64,000 nucleotides of DNA from Raillietiella orientalis. Its lineage: Eukaryota. The stretch covers positions 1,178,001 to 1,242,000 of the forward strand of contig JAYWIR010000038.1 of assembly GCA_036172245.1 (NCBI GenBank), written 5' to 3'. The notes beneath the pieces were generated by a model, which did no database searches, had not been told where the DNA came from, and worked only from the letters and a program-made list of their open reading frames with translations. Positions within the stretch are counted from its first letter, which is position 1; each line of letters starts with the position of its first letter. Made by a program: the position numbers and the translations under genes. Of this stretch, positions 40,331 through 52,640 are shown piece after piece.

Positions 40331-40639
40331 GCCGTTCCTTTCGAAACTGAACGCTGGAGGCCGACCTCCAGTGTCCCCAATCCGAAGGGACTGCCCTCGC
40401 AGGGGACAGAATCGGCGAGGGGTGTAGGGGGAGAAGAGAGTGGGCGAGAGGGAACGGAAAAATAAATAGGGAATGGGATGGACTGGGCCTGATGGTGTTT
40501 CCCTTGATCCCAGAGAACCTACTCCAGGCAGGGAAGGGGTGGAAGGCTGCCCTCATCGGTTTGGGATGGGGCTTCATTCGTACCTCCCTTCCCAGATTGA
40601 GCTATCCCACATCCCTCCGCAAGCAGGTTGTGGCGATTG

Positions 40640-41340
40640 CCGGTGGACCCTCCGGGATGTCCACTACGTTCTTCCGCCATTTTGGCGGCCACTGCCGCGA
40701 CAAAGTATCGCCAGCGACGAGGAGACCGGCAAGCCGGGAGGCGTGGACAACTCTCCGGAGTGGCCTTCAGGGGCGGCACCGTAAAACTGAAGTGTGCCTC
40801 AACGATTCGCGCTTATCCCGGATGCAGCCTCCTGCTCTCCAGCACCGAGCATGCGGGAGCGTCTCCTCTGCTCTGCGATGTGAGGTCATCGCTTGAGCAA
40901 CTGTGCCCTTGTGGTGGCGTTCCTGGCTTCGAGGAGCTCTCGGTGCGCCGGCAAGATGGCAGTCTGCTTGCACCGAAGAGACGGAGGACGAAGACGCCCA
41001 CCGGTAAGCACAGGATCTCGAAGTCCTCCCGGGGGACCTCAGGATATTTGCCCTATCCTCGGAGATACCCCGAGCTGGAAGTTCCGTGGTGACCTCGTTC
41101 GTTGGACGAATGGCCTTGTGCTGGCCCACGGGCTTGGCGACCCCGCAGATACGGCAAGTCACCTCCCATGCCGCAGGAGCGTCCTCTTCCTCCCTATCCC
41201 AACGATGGAGTAATGGGCGCACAGTGCATTCGATGACCGCGTGCGCTGAGATCTGGAGGGCAAACCAACATCGTCTGGCACCCTCGCTAGGTAGAAGGGG
41301 TGCCCCCAGCCGATGATGCTGCTGCTTCCGGAAGTGTCGT
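40640..41340 (+). mobile_element. Degenerate LINE unit: ORF1 relic plus C-terminal relic
   Basis: DNA ccgccattttggcggcca..aaagt is homologous to 37858-37885. gctgagatctggagggcaaaccaacatcgtctggcacc repeats 40201-40238. Confidence 0.5.
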
Positions 41341-43589
41341 CCCTTCCTCCCGGATCCACGTTCTCAGTGATTCCCGCTGCCGAGTCTTCCCGTGCAGCGG
41401 GCTGCAGGATGGCAACCATTCGTGTTCCTGCATCAGCAATGCAATCGGGAGAAGTGGGTGAACCCCGGATCTCGCCCTCTCCTGCGGCTGCGCGAGAGGA
41501 TGGATGCTGATCCTCCGCAGTTCCCTTTATTCTTGAGGGCAACGCTCGAAGGGAGGCCGGGGGACCGGGAACGAACGCTCCCGTCCCCCATTGCCGCGCC
41601 TGCCACAAAAAGCCGGACAACCCGTCGAACGCGCTCGCCGCTCCCGCGGAAGCACCGGAGCTCCATGAGTCTCTTTGCCTGCGTTTCGAAGGTGCGGCAG
41701 CAAAGTTATCCGAGGTCCGCAAGAAGAGAATTCCGCTCTGCTTACGCTTTGCGCTCCTGGCAACCTCCCGCTTCCCTCGCGCTGCCTCACCGGCACCGCT
41801 GACCTTTTGCCGAATGCTCTCCGCATCGAGTTCTTGCTGCCACGATTAGAGGAAGGTTCCGGGTCAGCTCTTCGCAGAGTTCGGCGTCCTGTTGGCGCAG
41901 CAGCGGGAAGACAGAACGTTCCAACGGCTACGAGTGCTTCGTGCCGACTGCACCGATGTCTTCGCGCCACTCTTGTCACCCAAGCGGCTTTCAGCAGCAA
42001 GTGACCCTACTCCCCCCCCTTTGATGCAATTCCGTCTGTCCGACCACGGTCCACCTTTTTAACCCTTTGGGTGAGGAGCTCACCAGATTGCAAGTTGCGT
42101 GCTGACGGCACGCCAGTCGTGGTGGCGACCTCTGTGGACGGGGCGCTCCTTCGCGCACGTTATAAAGTGATGACCTGATCAAATGCGATTGACCTTATAG
42201 AGTGCTGATTAAAAGTTACCATTCCAATTGTTTATTTACATTAAGTTGACTAGAATATTCTCATTTTTCCCAAACGCATATTATTTATTGAAAAATTACA
42301 GTTCGAATAAGTCAATAATTCATTCACATTTTTCAAAATATCACAAAGACGAAAAACAGCCTAACAAATTCTATACATCACGGAGAAAAAACGAGAATGG
42401 TCAGCCGATATAAATAGAATTTTGTTCATTGTCGTTGCCGAGGTGATCACCCTGGCAGCGGCAGTGGTTTTTCTCGGCAGTACGATAAGAAAACATGGAT
42501 AGTGACAACTTATGTCGCGTGTACAAGGTGATGAGATGACCTGAGCGGCCGCCCTTCCCCCCTGGCTGGGAGCTCCTATCGCCCCGACGACGCCGATCCG
42601 CCTCGCATCCGCTGAAACCACACGGAAGTATCTTGCGTGCTGCACGCGGTCTTCTCGCTTGCCTTTACGAACCGCATCGGAGGCTGCGGATGCCCTTGCA
42701 GCCGTCCTTCCTGGTTCCTGGCCTGGGAGGTTGGACGTACGGCCGCCGCTGCCCCCCGAAAGCATGCAGCCGTGCGGCCCGTTCTCTCCCGTCTCCTCCG
42801 GCCACATCCTTCTCCAGCAATCCACCATTACCATCCCGATCTCTTTGCGCCACATCCAGGCTGCGGCTGCAGCTCCCACGCCGCATAGGAACTCTTCGAT
42901 GGCATTGTTTCGATGGCGGTCCAGAACAAGGTCAAAGCATCTGCCAAACGCGTGTCCGAGTCCACAGTCCACGAAGCGGATTTTCGTCGGGCGCATCGAG
43001 GCGTGCACAACACTCAAAGGCTGAAGGCAGAGTCAGAGGAGCCGTTGCTGGGAAAAGGAGGAAGGAAAGAAAAAAATGACGAAAAACAAAGAAGGAACTG
43101 AAAGATCGCTGGATTCTTCACCTTTAGCAGGAGAGCAGCATTTCCTCTTCGTGCATCAACACTGCCATCACCTTCGTTTCCGTCTCCCCATTTATTTGGT
43201 CCCCTCGGTTTCCACTGAGGAAGACCGCAAACCGAATCCCAGGAAAGCGATGTCCACATCGAGGCAGCCACGTGACCGTGTTTTACGTGAGACCACTTGT
43301 GGAAACATCGAGGTGAACTACCATTCTCCGGAAGAGACTCCCCACTGGGGTGCACAAGAAAAAGGGGGGAAAAACTCCCGAGTTTCTTCAAGCAGCCACG
43401 GGTGCCCTTCGCTTCCTTCCTGGTGAGAACTCCACAGGGGCACTCACGAGATCCCCAAGATAATCGGATGTGATGTCTTTGGAAGAAGCAACTGAGTATC
43501 GGAAGAAGTGGTCGACCAGGACCTCGCCACCACGATCGCCTGAGAGCCCCCATCGTCCCTCCGTGCTCAGACGCAGGAAGGAAGCGGGA

Positions 43590-43935
43590 AAAAAAAGGAG
43601 CGAGCTAGGTTGGTCCCATCTCTCCTACTGGAAGCGGAGGCAGAGATGCCTCCACCCTCTCTTCCGGCCTGCTTCCCGACCTTGGGCGCAGGTTCCATCC
43701 GTCGTGGTATCCGTTCACCCTCCGCCGCTAGTGTACTCTTCTCTCCCCATCCACGCTGTGGGCATCGCCCTGTTGCCTGCTTGTTCAAGAGGACGTATCC
43801 GGCGAGCTTGCTTTGCCCACAGGAGTGCCTCGGGTTATCCTCTTTTCAAAGGGCGATGCCCACAGCGTGGGCAACCCAACACTGATCTCTGCGCGCACCC
43901 CTCCCCGTGGCCCTCCTCTCAATCCCTTTCCCCCT
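43590..43935 (+). mobile_element. Degenerate LINE 3' end relic
   Basis: AVGIALLPACSRGRI. DNA ggcatcgccctgttgcctgc resembles ggcgatcgccctggccacctgc at 28071; C-rich UTR-like tail. Confidence 0.3.
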
Positions 43936-44477
43936 AGATGAAAGCAAGAAAGAAGTTCTTTTACCCGATTCGCGGTCTTAATTTACCTACTGAGAGGTTG
44001 AAATGGCTCTCAGGGTCTTGAGTAAGGGCCCAAGTTCTATTTTGGGAATATTGGCTTCCTTTTTTTTTTTTTCCGTTTTTTATCTCCCAGTGCTGTCGTG
44101 TCCCCGCCATGGGGCGAAGAGTGTGTTCTCGTCACGAGTGTACGGCTTTCTCCGTCCCGCAAAGCAAACCGCTCAATCCTGAACAACTCCGCTGCCACAT
44201 CATACTCTGTGCGGCATCCAAGTCTCCTCCGATACAAGAGCTGAAGAAACGCTTCTCTCCGGTAAGCGTGCGTCACCGAGCAGGGCATGTGGAAATCGCC
44301 TTCCGTGCAAACTCCTTTCCCCTTACCAGTGTTGCAAGAGCAGCAAGAGATGGCAGTCTGAAAGCACATTGGAATGCAGAGGTGGGCATGCCACCACCAT
44401 TCCACAACGGCAGCCATCGTTGGCCGTGCCCAAAATGCAGCAAAGTGATCTACAGGGCTGCATCTGAAGCCTTCTGT

Positions 44478-44735
44478 GCATATGAGCCTAAGGTCCGAGG
44501 TCAGCTCTGCTTCCAGAATGCAAAACCAGCAAGAAAGTGGCAAAATTTTTCACAACGCTTGCACCTCGAGCAGTGTGCGTCACACATGCGTACGTGCATG
44601 ATGCTTCACGCATGTGCGACACAACAGGTGTCTCGTAGAAGCGCGTGTTCGAGGCAAAAAAAAAAAAAATTTCGAAACTTTCTTGCTGGTTTCGCATGCT
44701 GGAAGCAGAGCTGACCTCGGACCTTGGGCATGTGC
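44478..44735. mobile_element. Foldback/MITE-like palindromic element
   Basis: 27-bp perfect inverted repeat (44490-44516 vs 44699-44725), extended inward by a further 20/22 match and inner arms gtcacacatgcgt / acgcatgtgcgac. Confidence 0.75.
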
Positions 44736-46789
44736 GAAACGAATGTGATTAACCATCTGTTGCTCAGCCAGCGAAGGCCAACGCAGACGTTTCGCTTCTT
44801 CAGCTTCGGAAGCATCGGGACCACTTCCGAGAGTCCCACAACATTCGCCTTCCCTGTTGACGGCTTCTGGACTGCTTGAGCGCAGTCCGGAACCGAAAAA
44901 CGAGGAGGTGCAGAGTGCCCCTTGAGAACTGGGCCGAAGACGAAGCAGCGCGGTGGGCGAACCCTCGATATTTGGCTGCAGCAGGATTGCCAGAAGACGA
45001 ACAGCAGGCCCTTCGGAACGCGACATGACGATTTCGCCGACCTTTATCTGACACCGTGCTCCGTGTGGGCACACCGGTGAGCGTATTTTCCGCGAATGGA
45101 TCCTTTTCTGAGGAAAAAGAAAGAAAGAAAGCTAGGAAGAAATCCCTTTCGAAAAACACCCTTTCCAATTCCCGTGAAAGGATCAAAACACATCTTCCTG
45201 ACTCCAATATAACTATTGTAATACATTGTATGAGAACTGTACTACAAAGATTGAAGAATACTGCAGTGCCTAGGGAAATCCCTCGCTGTCTTCCTTCAAT
45301 TAAACACTTCTTAGGGAGCATTTGCCAATAAACACGCGACGGTTCCTGTGGCTCCATGGAAAGTAGGTCCAAATGGGAGGGAGGCAAAAAGATTAAGATA
45401 GAGAGTTCAGCAATATTTTACAAGAAAAAAAAAATGCCATAAAAGGGTTTGCGCTTTCACCTGTACTCGACATCGGACGGACCTGGGTACGGATGTGAAT
45501 CAAGAGTACCATAAAAAAGCAGTTCTTATCTCCTGGAAGTAATGCTTTTTCCTGAGATGAACTTGCGCGGAGATTTCTTGTGTACTTTCGAAAAGGGTTA
45601 GATGACGTCAATCGTGTAAATATTTATCACTAGCAATAGATCTAGTTGCCAGCCAGCTTCGGACAAGGTTGCTTGCAGAGGAGCCACTTTCTCATTTCTG
45701 ATTGTACCCATACGACACCTCAAAAAAGAAAAGAGACTTCCGTCTTTAACGAGGCTCTTTTTTTCTTCGATCCTCTAGAATCATGGAAGAATTGATGACC
45801 ATTCCAAAAATTGTTGGAACCCATTCTACACGCTTGCCGGCAGGCCGTGCCACATTCCCCAAATTCAGCGCAAGATCGTTTCGACATCAGCTTGACGAAC
45901 GGAGTTCAGATAAGGCTGCTGGGTTGCAGCCAGAGCGAATACGGCTTCCAGGTTCTTCCTACAGAGCGAACCGAGCGAAATCAATTCGGTCGGTTTCGAG
46001 AGCAAAGCGCTCACCGGTCCACCACCGGCCGCCACATCTTCTCGGTTTGGTGCGTCGCGGATCAACGATCAAAGTTTCTGCGGCCGAATCCATCGATCGC
46101 AAAACGAGTGCGACAAATACTGAAAAGAGACGCGGAGGTTGTGTTCTCTCTTCGCTCCCTCACCTCATGTCTTTCCAAGGAGCCATCATCAGCATGCTGT
46201 GCAGCAGATAGCCCGTGACTGCGAGAGTGGGGAAACGTGGGGCACGTGATTTTCCGAAGCAAAAACTCTCTGCCTCGACTCTGCAGGACGAAGCGTAGGT
46301 TCGCCCATTTCGCCTATGACTGGGCATTCGCTTCCTTGGAGTGGTCCTTCGAGAGCGGCGCACGTCTTGGAATTCGGAGGGAAAACTCATAAACTGCGAT
46401 GAAGAACTGGCTCTCAACACATGGAATCTCTGTTAGATCTTCTCGGAGCGAAAGGACTCAGCCAGTCTCCTCATCCCACGTGAATTTCCAGTTTCCACTG
46501 TCACTTTGCTTGAGGGATCCAAGACAGGAAAGAAGTGCCAAATAAGCGGCTGTCGACTCCAGTTGCTGCAGCTCCCGTGCTGGAACATTCTTTCAGTAGA
46601 GAAGGTAATGGTCTCCCTTATTTTCTGCTGACTTATATGTCGTCACTTCCTCCTCGCGTCGAACAAGAACAATCGAGATTTATTACGAGGACTCTAGGCG
46701 TCGCTCGGCAAAAAATGCCCCAGTGGTCCACTGATTTCTGGTGCGCGAGTGGTGGCGCGGTGTGAGGTTCTACGTTTTTGGAGGGCTCT

Positions 46790-47240
46790 GCCTGAAGGCT
46801 GCATGGCGAGATTTCTGGCGACGGAGTTTACATCTCTTTCGGCACTCGCGTGTCTTGGAGATGGTGAGAGATTTGGTTTTCTTGAAAAGAGGTGACGCAG
46901 CGCTCGAAACGGCTGCTAATTTTCTGCTGCACCGGAGCCGAGTCTACGCCAACTCAATGCTTCCTCCTGCTGACGGAATCTTTCAGTAAAGTTGTGCCTA
47001 ATACTTTCCAAACCTCTCTTCGTTCGGTGGCTCCTAATAGTTGCTTCGACGGTAAACGAGTGCTTCATCCGTCTAGCCCTCGAAGGAACTGCCGTCGCAC
47101 AGCCCCAGATTACTGCAGTTTCGAAAGCATCACCAAACCCCCAGGGGCGCATACAGAGAGCATGCGCGCAGGCCATTCAGAATGGATAGTTTCGATTTTT
47201 GCCATGAATCGCCGCGAAATATTCTGGCCGATGGAAATCC
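46790..47240 (+). mobile_element. Gypsy-like gag relic
   Basis: AWRDFWRR, AANFLLH and RLLQFRKHHQTPRGAYREHARR...FDF. Confidence 0.4.
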
Positions 47241-47404
47241 TTCTTTTCTGTCTTTGCAGTTCTTCGACACGGTTCCGCGCCACCCAAGGGTGAGTTGGAA
47301 TTCCTCAAGATAGAGGGTACCCCGGGAGGGGACCGTCCTATGAATCCAGGAAGGACTCGGAGTTCGTTCCTCTCACGCCTGGGGAGGGATCCCCGGAAAT
47401 GAAG

Positions 47405-47640
47405 ATCACCTTCACCCTGGTTGTCTCCGAAGAGGAATCAAGAAGGGAATTCTCCTTCCTTATTCTCTCCAGAGGACCCCTGGAGAGGTCTGCTTCATTC
47501 TTTCTTCTCTGAAGGGAACCCAGAAAGGATCCAATCCTGGAATTCCTTCTCCGGAGGGATCCCCTGAAAGGGATTTCGCTCCTGTTTACTCCTCTGAAGA
47601 GAACCCAGAAGGGACGCTTCCGAAATTCAGAAGGACGCTG
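47405..47640 (-). repeat. Degenerate ~40-bp minisatellite (inverted relative to 32.1 kb)
   Basis: Reverse complement reads gaagcgtcccttctgggttctcttcagaggag..aaacaggagcg, versus gaagcgtcccttcgagattctcttcagaggag...aaaccaggagcg at 32105. Confidence 0.6.
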
Positions 47641-48499
47641 TTTCCCCGAAGGAAGCGGCTCGCTTCCCTGAACTCTCTGGAGAGGTGGCGGCGACGCACC
47701 TTCTCCATCAGTACGACGCGGAGGGTCCCCTCGGGAAGGGGGGCCCGCTCCTTCACAACCGGAGGGAAGCTCCCACTCCTTGATTCCTGGAAGGACCCGG
47801 AGGTCGACTACCATTTGTCCCGGCCCTCATCGAGGGGCAACCGGTTTGAACCGCTACCAGTACCGCACCCGGATGAATGTAGGCCAACCAGCGTCATCTT
47901 GTGGGGTGGGTGAACTCGGAATCCACGATTCATCTGTCCCTCTTGGGGAGCGCGTGTTGATATCACGTACGTTTTACCTTTCCTGTCCACTACTGTATCC
48001 ATTAAGTACATGCACGAAAACGTAAAAGTTTTTTTTTTTTTTCTTTCTCGTCTGCATTCTTCTGCTTTGGTTCCTCTCTGCAGCTTTGATCCACGTGTGT
48101 ATGCCTACCTGCTGCTCACGAGGAAGTAGGCAGTGCACTTATGATGGAGTCCTGCGCTTGTCGAATACCCTTCCAGCGAAACATGAGATGCTGCATGGGA
48201 CCAGTCTCCGCGTGGACCGATGATGAAGGATGCTTCCTGTTCCACATACGTAGCCGCCATCATGATTCCATTCGGTTCGAAGGATTCACTCCCATGCATC
48301 CTGATTTGCGCATGCGCTCGAAACCTGGGATGCCTTGAACGAATGGGGGAAGCCTTTTCCTGAATCTCCCGCTGCACCCTGAAAGAATCGAAGCGTGAAG
48401 AGTGTCAGCAAGCTAGCAGGGGGAACAAAGCAAAAGTGCAAACGACTGCTCTGAAGAAAGAGGCCACCACTGAAAGAACAGCCCACACACGAAGGAAGC

Positions 48500-49172
48500 C
48501 CTTCCCCTACAGAAATTGTCAACGATCCGCAGATGAGCCGATGACACGACGACCTGCAAACGACACTGAAATGAGCTGAAGACACAAAGATCCTCCAGCG
48601 ACACTTGAGATGAGTCGACGACCTGCCCATACAACGCTGTGGCGGAGGCTGGCGTCAGCTCTTCTGCTCCAGGGGGACACCGCAAGGGACTTGATGCGCG
48701 GCTTCTTCACACCAGGCGGCCTGTCGTTAGGTGCGGTGGTCGCAACGGTCTGTTGCACCCGCGCCATCGACAAGGCCCACCGAGAGCTGGAGAAGCAGGC
48801 GATTCGTCGACAGGCCACCGGAATAGCCGACGAGAACATGACATCGGCTGCCGTGTGGTCTCATCTTCCGGAAGACGTAAGGAACGAGATCTCTGGCATC
48901 CAACGCCGGTTCTGAAGGAAAGGAACGGTCGAAACCAAAGCCCGTTGTCCCCTTCCCTCCCTATATCTTTATTTATATTTTTTATACGTGTATTTGTGGT
49001 CCCCTCCCTCCCGTTCCGGACTTTCGGTTTATCGACTGCGTGTCGGGGATCCCTCCCTTCGTTTTTTCTATCCTTTGTCTGGGAACTCTGTTCCCGGATA
49101 GTTTAGTAATAAACGCCCCGGCTCACCCGGGTGAGAAACAACGCTGCTGCTGCGGATGAAAAAAAAAAAAAA
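48500..49172 (+). mobile_element. Degenerate LINE 3' end, same family, with possible poly(A) tail
   Basis: DTARDLMRGFF...AVVATVCCTRAI...AAVWSHLPE parallels the 33.2 kb copy. UTR tttgtggtcccctccctcccgtt; AATAAACGCCCCGGCTCACCC at 49108; A-run at 49159-49172. Confidence 0.65.
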
Positions 49173-49849
49173 TTGCTTCTCGAGATATTCTAGTAGCGTA
49201 CGGTGAATTCTTTCATTTTTCTTCAGATCCTCGTACTTGCGGTCTGCAGACGCAGAATGCCTTGCCGTGTCTCGGCGTATCCGTCGTGCTTCGATCAAGG
49301 TTAGGACTGGCATCCACAATTTTTCGCTTCATCACTAACACAGCCTGGAAGATATCTTCAGCTTCCTTGAGGATGAACTCCCTCGCCCGCACATTATCTC
49401 ATTTCTTCGACATTACCACCGTCTTCTTCAAATGTTCTTTTTGATCAAAAGCGGATCATTGTCAGTCGGTTCTTCCAGAAGACGTCTTCACCTTTCCTTT
49501 TCCATCAGATCCAACCGCTCTTCCGATATTCGTTATTTCGTTTCCAGAAGCTTTTCCTCCAAAATCAAATTTCTTCTCTTATGCAACAACACGCCTCTTC
49601 TTTTTTGCACGCTTCCTCATTGGAGCATTATCTAAAACAGCACCCTTGCAGAACACCTGAAGTTTAACCCATCAAAGAGGAAGCACGTGGTCAGGTGAAG
49701 AAATGGGTCGGCTATTCCAGGGTGTGGCTATTCGACGCAACGGTTGGCGGCCAAACATGCACGGCACTGCGGGGCAGTTTCCAATGCGCGAGATTCAGAG
49801 ACGAGAGGGCAATTTTCGATTGGCAACAGCAGAGATGTGTGGCAGGGCT

Positions 49850-50430
49850 ACAAGGAGGAATGGAATGAAATGTCTTGAGAGAATTTCGGCGGATACACTG
49901 AAATTTGCGTGCGCGGTTTTTTTTTGCCACCTGAGCGGCATCCGTCATCTGAACCATGGCTCATCTTTCCTAGAATATCTGTTCAAAACTTTGAGCTTCC
50001 ACGGACTTGGTTCTCTCTGTGGTTTCGGTCAAAAACTGCCGCCGATTCGCCCGTGTCACCATGGACCACGCGTTACATGGAAACGGCAGCTTTCAACTGA
50101 GAGCTAGGTCGAATGAAGACACGAGTCGGATTTGCAGGACGGTTGCATCCTTCCCACCATTCCGTCGGACTGATCACCATCTGAAAGACCGAACTCGGAA
50201 ACCCATAGAGAGTCATCTTGGGGAGGAGACTATTTATAGCCTGTTTACGCAGAGAGGGAGGGTCCAGAACAAACCTCACCGCATGTTTCAAAAAGCAGAT
50301 TACTCAACACATTCCAATTGACCCTAGGGAGGAATGCGGACGAGTCTGACAGCATGATCGAATGGTATGACGTCACTTTTAAAGGACAACGCATACATTG
50401 CGTTTATCCTGTCGTGAAACCTGGAGCTAG
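49850..50430 (+). mobile_element. Gypsy-like gag(-protease) relic
   Basis: GSSFLEYL......LGSLCGFG....IRP...G......RQLSTE, then WYDVTFKGQRI...VKPGA. Confidence 0.4.
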
Positions 50431-52412
50431 GTCGAGGACGAGATTTCATCAGCATTCGCGCGTGAGTCCTCTCTGCTCGGTTTCGGCCACGGTTCGGTCT
50501 TCTTCGGAAACGCTCCGAACCCGCTCTTGGCTGATCCATGTAACACGCGAACGCAAAGAGTCAATACGAACCAGGAGAGGCAACAACCCGGTCGTTCCCC
50601 GAAATGACTCCTCCTCGATCCTTCCCGTCTAAAGAGGACGCGACAGCTGCGCGCCCGCTGGGGATCCCAACCGCCCGGATAGGGTCCAGGTTTACGAACC
50701 CTCAAGAGCACCGACTCCGACATCTGTTCCCGGTACGGATGCAGTTCCGTGTTTGGAAACCACGGAAGAGTGATTCCAAGACTCACGCCGAGGAATCAGC
50801 AGGTTTCTGCAATACGCAAAACTGGGAGCAAAAAAAAAAAAACCCTGCCCATCCTTGGAATAGATGTAGTAGAGCACATCCTTCTGCCATCGGTACGATT
50901 CTTCTACTGTGTCCACTAAACTTCTAGAACAGGGCGCGGGTAGCGTCCATTCTCTACGCTTGGGAATTCGCAGATTCCCTCATGAGACGATCAGCTGCTA
51001 GCGACCCAGGGTGCCAATGCTGAAGATCTTGGAACCACGCCTTCGGGTTTCGTCTCCCCGGGTTTCCTCGAGACCTGCGCGCGTCACTCGCAAGCTGATG
51101 GCGCACGATTCACGCCAGAGCCGGAAGTCAGTGCCATCGTTCGATGGCGCAGTCATTCGCAGAAGCAAACAAACGAAGACCGAGGCTTGATGCAAACTTC
51201 GTAGAGAACAGGAGTGCAGCAGTGGCACACCCGGGTTGCCATTGGCGACGCGGCCTGGAAAACACTCGCTCAGTGCTTCAGAAATGATGCTAGAAACCCG
51301 CGTGGGCCGCGTTCTTTGACGACACGTTTATTCTTCGAAGTCACGGTACTGCTACTCTCTCTGTTTTTTTGAGGAGGGGGAGGGGGGAGGAAGGCACGTC
51401 GCCACCTCCCCATAGTCGCGCGATAAAATGCAACTTTTCACAGAATCACCTGCAGAAGTGTAAACCTACATTTCCACTCAGTTGCTGGGCGTGGAGCGTA
51501 ACCAGCAAGTGCTTGGCTATAAGCCTGCTTCTAATCATTCGGTCAAGTTTATTCACATGGCCGTCGGCCATTCTGTTAGCCGCTTATCGAAAGGCCAGTT
51601 TTCAGGAATCCTCCAAACTGACGTCCCGAGAAGATCTGCACGAAATCTGCATGTTCTGATACTTTGAATGATCCTTTTTGCATAAGTACTCCGGAATTCT
51701 CATTCCAAGCTGACGAATGCGTTCCAGGATGACAGAAATGAGAATTCTGGGAGTCATTGACACACAGGGCATTCTACCATATGCACAGACCAGGAAGGCT
51801 CTCCTTTTCTGAGGAACGCAACTTGGGTAGAAGAAAGGGATTGTAGCGGATGTTGGAATTCAAAATCTCAAAAGTGAGCGCCCTGGTGATGCTGCTGCTC
51901 CTAGATGCTTGCCGCCGCATGCGTGAGCATCTTTCACACGCAGGATTTGTTTTAGCATGTGAATGCTCGACTTGTGAACAAGGTCTGGGAGCACGACTCG
52001 TTCGTAAGCAAAGAACACGCCTCAGCCTACTTGCCACGAGCGAAAGAGAAACCAAATCAAAAAATCAGCGAATAGACTGCGGAGGTCCATGCCCGGCACA
52101 CCCTCGTCCCTCATTTGAAATCTACCCTCTTCGTGTTCCAGTTCGAAAAGGGTTGGACATGGTAGTGTACATTGCAGTTGGCTGGCCTTTGGGAAGTTCT
52201 TCCGTCCATTCTTTATTTCCTCATAGAAGTTCACCGTGTCCATCGCTTTTATCGATCGGAAAAGACCTCAGAAAAGGTTGACAAATTGAAGCTGTTTCCG
52301 ACGAAAGTAGTTCCACTCAACTGCTGAATGAGAGTAAGTGCTCTTAAATGTCCTTTTTAAGCCAAACTAAATAGATGATTGCTCGCCAGGCAGGGTTTGG
52401 TGACAAGCCTGC

Positions 52413-52640
52413 TTGGATACTGCTCGTGGCATTATTTTCAAGAGAAAAATTGCTTCCGCTTACGAACTGGACGGTGGAGCACAATTCCTCCCCAGCTTCC
52501 CGAATCGAATGCATCTGTTTCCAGCTTATGAAAACTTGAACTTTCTTAATGCTTGTCCGAATCGTCAGATGAGACGAACATTGGTCCAGAGTAAACCACA
52601 GACAGCCCATATCAGCATTAACGACGGCGACACCAGAAGT
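52413..52640 (+). mobile_element. Gypsy-like gag relic
   Basis: ARGIIFKRK...E...AYENL...NRQMRRTLVQSKPQTAHISI. Confidence 0.3.

Noticed and set aside
16780..52640. Strict flamenco-like unistrand piRNA cluster
   Set aside because: LINE relics are all +, but Gypsy relics are mostly - and partly +, so no single transcript is antisense to all. Kept only as a testable option for the LINE family.
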